Assembly: GCA_043732705.1 (NCBI GenBank)
Contig: JAYTHE010000002.1
Coordinates: 191,608 to 255,607 of the forward strand
Direction of reading: 5' to 3'
DNA length: 64,000 nt
Source: Candidatus Omnitrophota bacterium
GTDB taxonomy: Bacteria; Omnitrophota; Omnitrophia; Omnitrophales; Aquincolibacteriaceae
Numbering within the stretch: position 1 is the stretch's first letter; the number at the start of each line of letters is the position of its first letter. The translations under genes and the position numbers were made by a program. Shown here one piece after another: positions 30,301 through 37,791 of this stretch. The notes under the pieces were generated by a model that saw only the letters and a list, made by a program, of their open reading frames with translations, did no database searches and was not told where the DNA came from.

Positions 30301-31451
30301 AGGTCGCACCGCTTGCGCCATCCGTCGGTGGAGGGGACCGAAAATATATTGAGAATAGTAAGGCAGTGGATAGATTTTCACAAATGGTACCTACATCTAG
30401 GCTAAGAAGCTTTATTCTAAATTACTTTGTACTGCAATTCCAAGATAAGGATCTATTGAAAAAAATTTCAAAACGGACAGATCCACGAAAATTCATGCCA
30501 CTTACAACAATAATTAATGCTTTTGTTGTAACTCAGGATCCGAAAGTACTTCAAGAAATGGAAAAAATTTCGACAATCGTAGATTTGCCCGAAAGTTTGC
30601 GAACGGTTGTTGTAGCTAAAATTGTAGAGTTGAAGTTTGGAATTTCACAAAAAAAGGCGAAGGAGAAACGATCTGAGATGCGGGATGCAGTTGCAGATGA
30701 TTTTTTGCTGCCGCAAGGCCCCACGATTGATGTGGCGACGTTGAAACGAATGGCAGAAACATTTAAAGCCGGAATTTATTCCTTGGCGGCGAAGGTAGTT
30801 GCAGGGATGGGTTTTCAGCCTAAGTCACTGATTCTTCCGACCGTAGATTCTATCTTACCGCTTCCGCAAGATGTGTCGAGTTTAGGAGGAAATGTTGTTT
30901 CTATTTTTACGCCTGATAATGCAAAAGCAGAAGCTAAGATCGTCATCGCGCAAAAATTTTCAGCTTTCCCCGAGGCAACATCTGATTTTAAGCAGCTTCT
31001 TTCTTGGGCAAGATATATAGCTAGCCACAAAGGGTTGGTTTGGAGCTTTCAGGTTACACAGTCGCAGGAAGCTTCCGCGAGGAGCTTTCGTCAGATGTTT
31101 TTGCAGCTAGCAAGTCAGAATGGATTGCAAATTTCGCAAAATCAAATTTTTTTGGAACGTGTTCCTGCAGGTGTTTTTAATTTGTCTAAATTTGCCAAGC
31201 TAGACCTCGCCGCGATTGCCCCGGATGCAGCTGTCCTGAGCCCTTTAAATGTGGGCATTAAAGGGCGTGTTATTTTGACAGCAGCTGACGGCATCGATGG
31301 TCTTGCTGCCGGCTTGATCGTTACAGCAGAAGCTTTACTGTCGCCTCTAGGATTTCCTCAAAAGGTGGTTCGTGCAAGTGAGCTGCACCCTTTTGGTTTG
31401 GACTATCAAGCAGTTCTTATGGCCGTAGCTGCGTTTGCAAGAGCTGCATAA
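27360..31451 (+). CDS. Giant secreted protein (1363 aa), function unknown
   Basis: Signal peptide (MKKQSSFFRRLVSLVTTLLISFSGTPGFSA). One uninterrupted ORF with a Rho-independent terminator after it. Two in-frame heptameric repeat blocks. A second hydrophobic segment at about aa 570. Weak GTxH/GxFH resemblance to the TraB/GumN/Tiki fold in the N-terminal 500 aa. Confidence 0.7.
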   Translation: MKKQSSFFRRLVSLVTTLLISFSGTPGFSAPSSSDSVVLSAHAFSSSLASEILQIPRQLGRVESFHAGKGKTLIHIQTAHGHYEAQKKIAAILQDLENQYGTTTVFIEGSWGKLYPEILRFFPENPKLTHELNDALTHKAIVKGEELYLIDSKKGEGYGIENEQAYLENAAAFASVVKAREGSRKFLTAAMDGIEKISAGYLNNDLRGFLRREESFQNGVTPLDSWIEELHKQVTKQYGQDLADAAFQLEWPMLVRYFTIKKLESSMNVETLDSERVSFLKEFDKVSSLRSPVSGLKDSIESLLSAKDASLGLQAEMVQSIFIQMMRALPQDFDYSRYPNVKAMIGILLLQSELDAHLMTAEIEKLTNLLAGKMATQATEKQFLSVYQRKILLTKLLNLELAPDDYEKILGSPASGLRPSHLFLEIQKLNTENRVRGIEFKHTAELDAIYEKALAFYAGAKKRDQYLIENVEKQMDQLGVDKAVVITGGFHAEPFRKYFEAKNYTYALLMPTLSSVDDKGREAYLNVMNEQLKIKTKTSTANTISPATRAGVSTLEAGLASLSSEDGNLALAGVERSESRLLSLRAKASTYIAAVLFALSSASPVSAQTRRVLPVVPSDATAQQAAFDKYMETADDGKLAASFASFVEKKNAPAYLLFSYAKAAAKQGRQETVVRQLGLIIQYLVDAYQFNEADLRKVLEALDSNPEIRQNSGVVAAVKSITSLVPKELVGSSEQKKEKPVASVIIRAEGGKGLILGPSETVTEKSTGEEIKLTGIQKGSPEELLFNQFFNGGDVVQPGGVNPKDASRVKFSLQALAQIHELAPEKRVQFVKSMFDLLPAMKPALPNEKEFKEIKRITLSELANTFYLFKFPPSAISFFLNELVAPKNSSLVADPFFRPYVLALVSELVDQLSMDLLEYKKWAQSVLIKEYEVFIAKFADDAIRKVLVAPEEALGPDTRMWYMRMTGVLLSAPNFIDPFVKVAPLAPSVGGGDRKYIENSKAVDRFSQMVPTSRLRSFILNYFVLQFQDKDLLKKISKRTDPRKFMPLTTIINAFVVTQDPKVLQEMEKISTIVDLPESLRTVVVAKIVELKFGISQKKAKEKRSEMRDAVADDFLLPQGPTIDVATLKRMAETFKAGIYSLAAKVVAGMGFQPKSLILPTVDSILPLPQDVSSLGGNVVSIFTPDNAKAEAKIVIAQKFSAFPEATSDFKQLLSWARYIASHKGLVWSFQVTQSQEASARSFRQMFLQLASQNGLQISQNQIFLERVPAGVFNLSKFAKLDLAAIAPDAAVLSPLNVGIKGRVILTAADGIDGLAAGLIVTAEALLSPLGFPQKVVRASELHPFGLDYQAVLMAVAAFARAA
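28215..28247. repeat. Heptameric tandem repeat, copy 2 (in the giant ORF)
   Basis: GTCTCTAGTCTCCGGTCTCCAGTCTCCGGTCTC. Encodes SLRSPVSGL. Confidence 0.8.
28588..28615. repeat. Heptameric tandem repeat, copy 3 (in the giant ORF)
   Basis: CTCGGGTCTCCGGCCTCCGGCCTCCGGCCC. Encodes GSPASGLRP. Confidence 0.8.
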
Positions 31452-31469
31452 ACTTTTTCTCTAACTTTC

Positions 31470-31510
31470 AAAACCCCTTTGGCCTTTGTGGCTGAAGGGG
31501 TTTTTTCTTT
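31470..31510 (+). terminator. Rho-independent terminator after the giant ORF
   Basis: AAAACCCCTT-tggcctttgtggctg-AAGGGGTTTT followed by TTTTTTCTTT. Confidence 0.7.
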
Positions 31511-31543
31511 TTACTACGCAAACTACTACGCTATAATTTGGGT

Positions 31544-31605
31544 TTGAAATTAATTCAGATCTTGAGGTGAAAGCCGTTACTTAAAAATAATTCTCTTTTG
31601 GAATT
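31544..31605. repeat. Direct repeat A flanking the fic gene (about 62 bp)
   Basis: TTGAAATTAATTCAGATCTTGAGGTGAAAGCCGTTACTTAAAAATAATTCTCTTTTGGAATT. About 85% identical to 32868-32929. Confidence 0.85.
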
Positions 31606-31790
31606 CTCAATATCCAAAGCTTTATATACCATGAAAAAAGAAATATAAAATTTCAATTTTCATGGTCTTGCTCCTCAGCTTAAGGCCGATCTGGCTTTTA
31701 TGAAAAACTACCATAATCGGCGAGTTGGCGATGGCGGTATCCACTTGACAAAAAACTTGACGAAAACTTGACGTAATTATATTCTCTTAT

Positions 31791-32813
31791 ATGCCTTATT
31801 ATCCTCGATTTAAAATTACTCCACGGCTGCTTGCTCTCATTTCAAAAGTAATTATGTTGAAGACGCGTATTGATCAAAGTGCGGTTCAGCTTTTTGTTTT
31901 TCCTGCACTTTCCCGAGATACATTTGTCAGGCTAGCGCATTCATCTACCGCAATTGAGGGGAACACCTTGTCGCTTCATCAAGTCAGTGAATTAGCAAAG
32001 GGGAAAAAAGTGGATGCAGAGGTAAAACAGAAGACCGAAGTTAAGAACTACTTAAGAGCACTCAAAATGATTTCGGGGTGGAGATCGGGGCGATGTATGA
32101 ACGAGGGCAATCTCCTTAAATTGCATCGTTTATTAATGCTCGGACTTTTGGATTCCGGTAAAGCTGGAAAATATAAGCAAAAGCCAAATCGTGTTATGGG
32201 CCCAAAAGGAGAAACGGTTTACTATCCTCCCTCGCCTGAAAAGTGTGTTGCTTTTGTGAAAGAGATGATTCAGTGGCAAAGCTCAAAGCAAGCCAAAGAA
32301 CTTTCGCCTGTTGTGACGAGCGCTATTCTCCATCATCGCCTGGTTTCGATTCATCCATTTACCGATGGCAACGGACGGATTTCCAGACTTTGGGGACTGG
32401 CTTATTTATTTGCAAGCGAATTTGACGCGCATCATTTATTTGCGCTTGATGAATGCTTTGATTTCGATCGACAGAAGTATTATGACAAAATTCAGCAGGC
32501 ACGAGACCTGGATGATGATTTAACTTTTTGGATTGAGTATATAGCGGAATGTTTGGTTGAGACGCTTGAGAAGACATTGCGGCGTATCGCTCAAATTGCG
32601 ATGAGAAATTTAAAGGGTAAGATCAATATTAATTCAAGGCAGGAGCAAATTTTGAATTTTTTGAATCAGCAAGGAACAGCTAAATCTCCCGATCTAGAGA
32701 AAAAATTTAAATTAACAAGGTCGCGGATTCAGCAGCTGATTAAGCCTTTGGTTGACGCGGGTTTGGTCGAATCTTCAGGGAAGACTCGGGCAACATTTTA
32801 TTTTTTAAAATAG
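31791..32813 (+). CDS. fic: Fic-family protein (Fic/Doc AMPylator-type) with a C-terminal winged-helix domain
   Basis: Canonical Fic motif HPFTDGNGRISRLW. The C-terminal 70 aa have a wHTH-like pattern. Confidence 0.85.
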   Translation: MPYYPRFKITPRLLALISKVIMLKTRIDQSAVQLFVFPALSRDTFVRLAHSSTAIEGNTLSLHQVSELAKGKKVDAEVKQKTEVKNYLRALKMISGWRSGRCMNEGNLLKLHRLLMLGLLDSGKAGKYKQKPNRVMGPKGETVYYPPSPEKCVAFVKEMIQWQSSKQAKELSPVVTSAILHHRLVSIHPFTDGNGRISRLWGLAYLFASEFDAHHLFALDECFDFDRQKYYDKIQQARDLDDDLTFWIEYIAECLVETLEKTLRRIAQIAMRNLKGKININSRQEQILNFLNQQGTAKSPDLEKKFKLTRSRIQQLIKPLVDAGLVESSGKTRATFYFLK

Positions 32814-32867
32814 ACTTTGCTTCGCAATCGAGCTTTTTTTACAGAAATTTTCATAGCTAATTTCAAT

Positions 32868-32929
32868 TTGAAGCTCATTCAGATCTTTTGTTTGAAGCCG
32901 TTACTTAAGAATAATTCTCTTTTGGAATT
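32868..32929. repeat. Direct repeat B flanking the fic gene
   Basis: TTGAAGCTCATTCAGATCTTTTGTTTGAAGCCGTTACTTAAGAATAATTCTCTTTTGGAATT. Confidence 0.85.
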
Positions 32930-32994
32930 TATGCTATAAATAAGCAGTTTTAATTCTATTTAGATAGTTAAATAGATAGAATGATATTGAAATT

Positions 32995-35172
32995 ATGATG
33001 TTTAAAAGCAATGTCTTGGAGAAAAACAGCATTATTAGAAGAGGGTTTTGCCTTTTTGTCATGTTTATTTTTTTTTCCGGGCATGTTTTTGCGGAAGATG
33101 ACACGAAGTTAAAAACGAAAGAGGCAGCGCAGAATTCAGTGACTGCAGCCGATTTAGATCAGGTACAGGCAGATCAGACGGCGAAGAAAGGCTCTTCTGA
33201 ATTACACGACTCTCAAGTAACGACAAAGTCAGAATCTAAGGAGCAGGCAAACGATGTTTCGACGGAAGACGTTGTGTCAACAAGTCAGGTTGATGTAAAT
33301 AAAGCGATGGAACAAACTTTGCAAGAAACCATGATTAAAGAGATCAAGGCCTATTATCCTATTATTCGTGGTATTAGTTTTGAATCGAAGGAAGACTTGC
33401 TTGTTATGAAAATTGATTATGACCAATCATCAGAGACAGATCTTTTGAATATTCAAACCAATTTAATAAAAGGGAAAATGATTGCAGCGATAACTTTTAA
33501 ATCAGCTCTTTTGCAAAAGAAAGAAGATGTGAAGGTTGAGGGTGATCATGAGTTGATTGAGGCGGTGACATTGACGCCCAATCTTGGCTTGTCGTCTAAA
33601 CTTGGAAATGATGAAAAACTTTTTTTTGTGAATCAAGTGCAGTTTCAGCTTTTAAAGCCGGTGCGTTGGAAAGTAACTCAAGTTCCGGGGACTTTAAAAA
33701 TAGAATTTAAGCCTTATTTGGCGGGAGAAGAAGAGGAAGAGAAAAAGCAGAAAGAAGACCTCGTTTTTCAAGCTCCGCCGCCGCAAAACACGCAGCAAAT
33801 TTTAGGCGAAAGCTACACCAGGGAACGGGAATATGAAAGCAATGTGGTTTCAGGCGGTGAGCCGACTTTAATTGAAAGCTTAGAAGGGGGCGAGAGGGCG
33901 GCTTCGCAGCTTTTTGGCCGTGGCATTGTCACGGATTATAGTAAAGGTCTTTCGGAAGAAGCGGTTCGCGTGGACATGAAAAGTCGTTACCCCACTTTCG
34001 GGAGTTTGGATTATTGGAAAAAAAATATAAGCGGTGTGATTTCGAACACAGCTCGTTTTATGAAAAAACAGCGCAAGCAAAGCTTTTTTCCCGTGGATGA
34101 TCCCGGTTTGGCCGTTGTTTTTGACCGCAAGGGTCCTGCACATGTTAGGTTGGGATATAATGTTCAGCGTGAACTCCCGTTTTTTTATGGAACTCTTCAC
34201 CGCACAAAGCGATTAGCACCCATGGATGGGTTCATGCGGCATGATATTAAAGGTGGAGTTGTCTTTAAAAGTCAAAGCCCTTGGATTTATTCTATTCAAA
34301 ATAATTACAGCGTCGGAACAAGTGAGAATTTGAGTCAGCCCTCTAAATTTGGTGACCGACTTTCTGCTTACCAATATGCTGCGGGGCATGGCCTTCGTTA
34401 TAATTTTAAACGGGGTTATGCTCAGTTAGGATCAGGGTTGTTGTGGAGGACGGAGGAGCGCGGCATCAACGAAGATGTTAAAGGTTATATTTCCACGCTA
34501 TGGGTGCGTCCTTGGACTAAAAAAATTACAACACGCTTAGAATATGATTATACGCGCACATTTCTGCATGATCCAAGACCCATTCTCGATGTCAATGTTC
34601 ATAAAATGTATTTTGGATTGGATTATAAGCCGAATAAAAATGTGACTCTTACGCCTAATTTAGGCTGGTCCTTTTATGACGGAGAATCATTCGCAGGGTT
34701 TGTGGGTGGATTTAAATACCGACACAAAATTAATTCGCGTGACAGTGTGACGATAAATTATTCCACGGATTTCATCAGAAGCCAATCGCTTAACTTTGCA
34801 TCAGAATCATTGGCAACCACTCGCGGCACGTTTGGTCCAAGCGATGCATTGGTGCGGTATCAAACCATTTCCGCCGATTTTAATCATCAATTAACCAAAC
34901 GAATTAATTTTAATTTTACAGCAAGTTATCGTCGTGAAAGACAGTTCGAAATTAAGGACAGTGACCGATTGGATGAGTACCGTGTTTCAGCCGGATTAAG
35001 CCGCCAAATTTCAAAAGAATGGGCCTTGCAACTGCGCTACAGCCTTATTTATTTAAATGCTTATCGCATATCGGAGGATACATTAGGAAATAAGGTTAAG
35101 CGAGACGCGGGTAATACGGAGCACAGTGTTGATTTAAGAGTGTTGCGCTATTTTGGTGAAACAGGAAGATAA
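32995..35172 (+). CDS. Putative outer-membrane beta-barrel protein of the polysaccharide export block
   Basis: Signal peptide, an acidic low-complexity N-domain, and a C-terminal 400 aa with alternating-hydrophobic beta-strand periodicity (RYSLIYLNAY, VDLRVLRYF). Sits immediately upstream of a Wza-like gene. Confidence 0.5.
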   Translation: MMFKSNVLEKNSIIRRGFCLFVMFIFFSGHVFAEDDTKLKTKEAAQNSVTAADLDQVQADQTAKKGSSELHDSQVTTKSESKEQANDVSTEDVVSTSQVDVNKAMEQTLQETMIKEIKAYYPIIRGISFESKEDLLVMKIDYDQSSETDLLNIQTNLIKGKMIAAITFKSALLQKKEDVKVEGDHELIEAVTLTPNLGLSSKLGNDEKLFFVNQVQFQLLKPVRWKVTQVPGTLKIEFKPYLAGEEEEEKKQKEDLVFQAPPPQNTQQILGESYTREREYESNVVSGGEPTLIESLEGGERAASQLFGRGIVTDYSKGLSEEAVRVDMKSRYPTFGSLDYWKKNISGVISNTARFMKKQRKQSFFPVDDPGLAVVFDRKGPAHVRLGYNVQRELPFFYGTLHRTKRLAPMDGFMRHDIKGGVVFKSQSPWIYSIQNNYSVGTSENLSQPSKFGDRLSAYQYAAGHGLRYNFKRGYAQLGSGLLWRTEERGINEDVKGYISTLWVRPWTKKITTRLEYDYTRTFLHDPRPILDVNVHKMYFGLDYKPNKNVTLTPNLGWSFYDGESFAGFVGGFKYRHKINSRDSVTINYSTDFIRSQSLNFASESLATTRGTFGPSDALVRYQTISADFNHQLTKRINFNFTASYRRERQFEIKDSDRLDEYRVSAGLSRQISKEWALQLRYSLIYLNAYRISEDTLGNKVKRDAGNTEHSVDLRVLRYFGETGR

Positions 35173-35190
35173 TTAATTAAGGAGGAATCA

Positions 35191-35793
35191 ATGAACTATA
35201 AAAAATTAATAGCATGCTTGATGATCATGGGCTTAACCTTTTCAGGGTGGGCTGCTGAGAAAAATCAATCCGAAGGTGTTCGGGCTGTTACCGCTGTTTC
35301 GCAGCGCGGTCTCCGTGTAGGTGACACGTTAAATATTACGGTGTGGCAGCACAAGGATCTGAGTACCACGCTTGTGGTTGATGAAGGTGGCAATATTGAA
35401 TATTTATTTTTGGGTGTTATCCCTGTTGCAGGAAAGACACTCACAGAAGTGAAGGAAATTTTGAAAAAGGGAATTTCTGATAATTACATTGTTGATCCCA
35501 AAGTTGATATTTCTATGGATCGTAAGTCGCTGACATTTTTTGTGACAGGAGAAGTGCTCAAGCCCGGAACTTATGAGTTTCATCCCGGCGTATCCGTTTT
35601 AGAGGCGATTGCTTTGGCGGGAGGTTTTACTGACTACGCTTCGCGTAAAATTAAAGTGATTCGGAAAACTGGGGATGGAAAAGAAAAGGAAATCAAAATA
35701 AATACCAAAAAACTTCTTCGCGCGACAGACAAGCGTGAGGAGTCGAGAGTTCAAGTGGATGACATTCTCGTGGTGGAGCGGGCTTGGTGGTAA
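35191..35793 (+). CDS. Polysaccharide export protein (Wza-like, Poly_export plus SLBB domains)
   Basis: Lipoprotein-like signal, LRVGDTLNITVW (the PES motif region), and a soluble-ligand-binding beta-grasp segment (FVTGEVLKPGTYEFHPGVSVLEAIALAGG). Confidence 0.75.
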   Translation: MNYKKLIACLMIMGLTFSGWAAEKNQSEGVRAVTAVSQRGLRVGDTLNITVWQHKDLSTTLVVDEGGNIEYLFLGVIPVAGKTLTEVKEILKKGISDNYIVDPKVDISMDRKSLTFFVTGEVLKPGTYEFHPGVSVLEAIALAGGFTDYASRKIKVIRKTGDGKEKEIKINTKKLLRATDKREESRVQVDDILVVERAWW

Positions 35794-35815
35794 GGAAGGG
35801 TATTCGAAATAAAAT

Positions 35816-37774
35816 TTGCCTATGATTAATTCTAAGATTTTATATCAATGTTTTAGGGTTTGGATTCTGCCGGTATTTCTTCTTTTAGCGGGAGCGGCGA
35901 CTTTTTTTTATTGGGCTGAAAGCCAGATGCGAGTTCCGGGTGGGCTTCGGGACATTGAATATTGGCAAGCTGCGATGTTATCCACCAATGCCGCTGGTGA
36001 CTTAAAGCCGCTTTCTGGCTATTTACACCAGCGCGTGGCGGAAATGGTAGCGGAGCCCAAACATAATCGCGAAAGTGTTTTTATTTTTGGATTCATGGAC
36101 CGCATTCTTCAAGAGGCAAAGCCGCTTCGAAAAATTTCCGACCTGAAGTATGCGCTATTGGTTTATAAGCAGCAGCTTTTTCTTGCCGCTCCATCTGCCT
36201 TAAGATTGTATTTTTCAATCCGCCATCTTTTAGGTGCGGATAAACTGAATGGGGATATGGGGCAAGATCTCATTTCAGAATCGGATCTGAGGCTTGAGAA
36301 ATTGGTGCATTTGAAAGAGATCGAGAAGATAGGGGGGCTTCCGGCTTTGCGAGCTTTTTTTGAAAAAATGTTAGTGAGCCCTGAATTTTCTCATTTTCAA
36401 GCGCCTGTTATGTTGGATTTGGCCTTTTTTCTTTATGAAAAAGATCCTTCCGAAGCGAGCAGATTGATTGATCGTTTGAATAAAAAAAAGCCCAATTATG
36501 CAGTTCGCCATGCGGCGGCTTATTTACGGAACAAATTGATACAAAAAAGGGCTTTAGATGAAAAGCATTTCAAATCGTCTGAACTTGAAATCGAAAATCT
36601 TTTCAAAATGGGTTTATTTGAACGCACCGCTCAAAGACTGAATGTTGGTAAAAGTCCGCTTTTTTCAAAACAAATGCAGGCAATGCAAAGCTGGCTTGGT
36701 TTGGGAGGTAGTCTGGTTTCAAGCGACAAACAGTCTTTGCTGGCGATCTATTACGGTATTCTTTCGGAGGCTCTTAAGGATCCCTCCGCTGCGTCAGACC
36801 AATTGGTTAAACTTGCGGAAGATAACAACTCTGCTGCATACAGCGCTCTTTTGCGGTATCAGGCTTGGAGTTTGGCCTATTTTGATGCAAAGAGTTATAG
36901 CCGCGCCTTTTTTATTGCTGAGTTTTTAAAATTAAGTGACCCATTAAGTCCGTACAGTCAGCTTGAGTTAGTCAAAGGAATGTTCCGACTTTCCTCTAAA
37001 AGTTTTACCGGCTCAAAATTACTGCAGGCTTGGCAGGAGGAGCCGTATCGTTTTGACATGATTCGTAAAGACAATTGGGGTGGTTTTAAAGAAGGTAAAA
37101 ATCGCAAAAGCGAAATAACAGTTCACGAGGGGCGCGTTTATGTTGTGAAATATAATGAATCCGGACAAGCCGAAATATTGCAAGAAGTTGGCGCAGGTGA
37201 ACGCGTGTCAGATCAAAGGGCGGGAGAGGAGGATTTAAAGGAGCCGGTTAAAATGGGGTGGATGGACCAGTTTTTTTATAGCGCAATGATGAAATTTATC
37301 CCGTTGGGAATTCGAACGTTTAAAGAACAAATTGCTAAGCCGGCACAAAATCTTAAAAAATCAGTTTTTACGCGTTTATATAAGCAGGAAGAGTTTCAGG
37401 TTTTTGTTCTCGATAAAATACGCCCCTCTTTAGGGGGCGCTGTTCAGGCGATGCAGGCTCAGATTAATGAGCAAGGCTTCAGCATTTATTCCGTTTTTAA
37501 TCTTAAACTGGTCACCCTTGCAGTTTCGGGTTTAGGCAAGCTAAAAGCCAATGAGGATGGGCGATTGATCTTGAAACTGGATCATGTTAGAGTCGCAAAA
37601 GTTTATCTTCCGAAATGGCTTTTGAAGCGTGTGGAAAAGAGTTTTAATTTGTCAGCCAATTCAGAGGGGGCATCCGAAACAGCTCAAATTGATATTCTTG
37701 ATATGCAATATCAATCCGGCGGCATTTTGATTCGGTGTCGGAAAAAGTCATTTCAAGCGACCACGATTGTCTAA
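35816..37774 (+). CDS. Hypothetical protein (652 aa) with an N-terminal TM helix, inside the export block
   Basis: Uninterrupted ORF between the Wza-like and Wzc-like genes. No known motif. Confidence 0.5.
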   Translation: MPMINSKILYQCFRVWILPVFLLLAGAATFFYWAESQMRVPGGLRDIEYWQAAMLSTNAAGDLKPLSGYLHQRVAEMVAEPKHNRESVFIFGFMDRILQEAKPLRKISDLKYALLVYKQQLFLAAPSALRLYFSIRHLLGADKLNGDMGQDLISESDLRLEKLVHLKEIEKIGGLPALRAFFEKMLVSPEFSHFQAPVMLDLAFFLYEKDPSEASRLIDRLNKKKPNYAVRHAAAYLRNKLIQKRALDEKHFKSSELEIENLFKMGLFERTAQRLNVGKSPLFSKQMQAMQSWLGLGGSLVSSDKQSLLAIYYGILSEALKDPSAASDQLVKLAEDNNSAAYSALLRYQAWSLAYFDAKSYSRAFFIAEFLKLSDPLSPYSQLELVKGMFRLSSKSFTGSKLLQAWQEEPYRFDMIRKDNWGGFKEGKNRKSEITVHEGRVYVVKYNESGQAEILQEVGAGERVSDQRAGEEDLKEPVKMGWMDQFFYSAMMKFIPLGIRTFKEQIAKPAQNLKKSVFTRLYKQEEFQVFVLDKIRPSLGGAVQAMQAQINEQGFSIYSVFNLKLVTLAVSGLGKLKANEDGRLILKLDHVRVAKVYLPKWLLKRVEKSFNLSANSEGASETAQIDILDMQYQSGGILIRCRKKSFQATTIV

Positions 37775-37791
37775 AAAGTTAAAGGATATTT

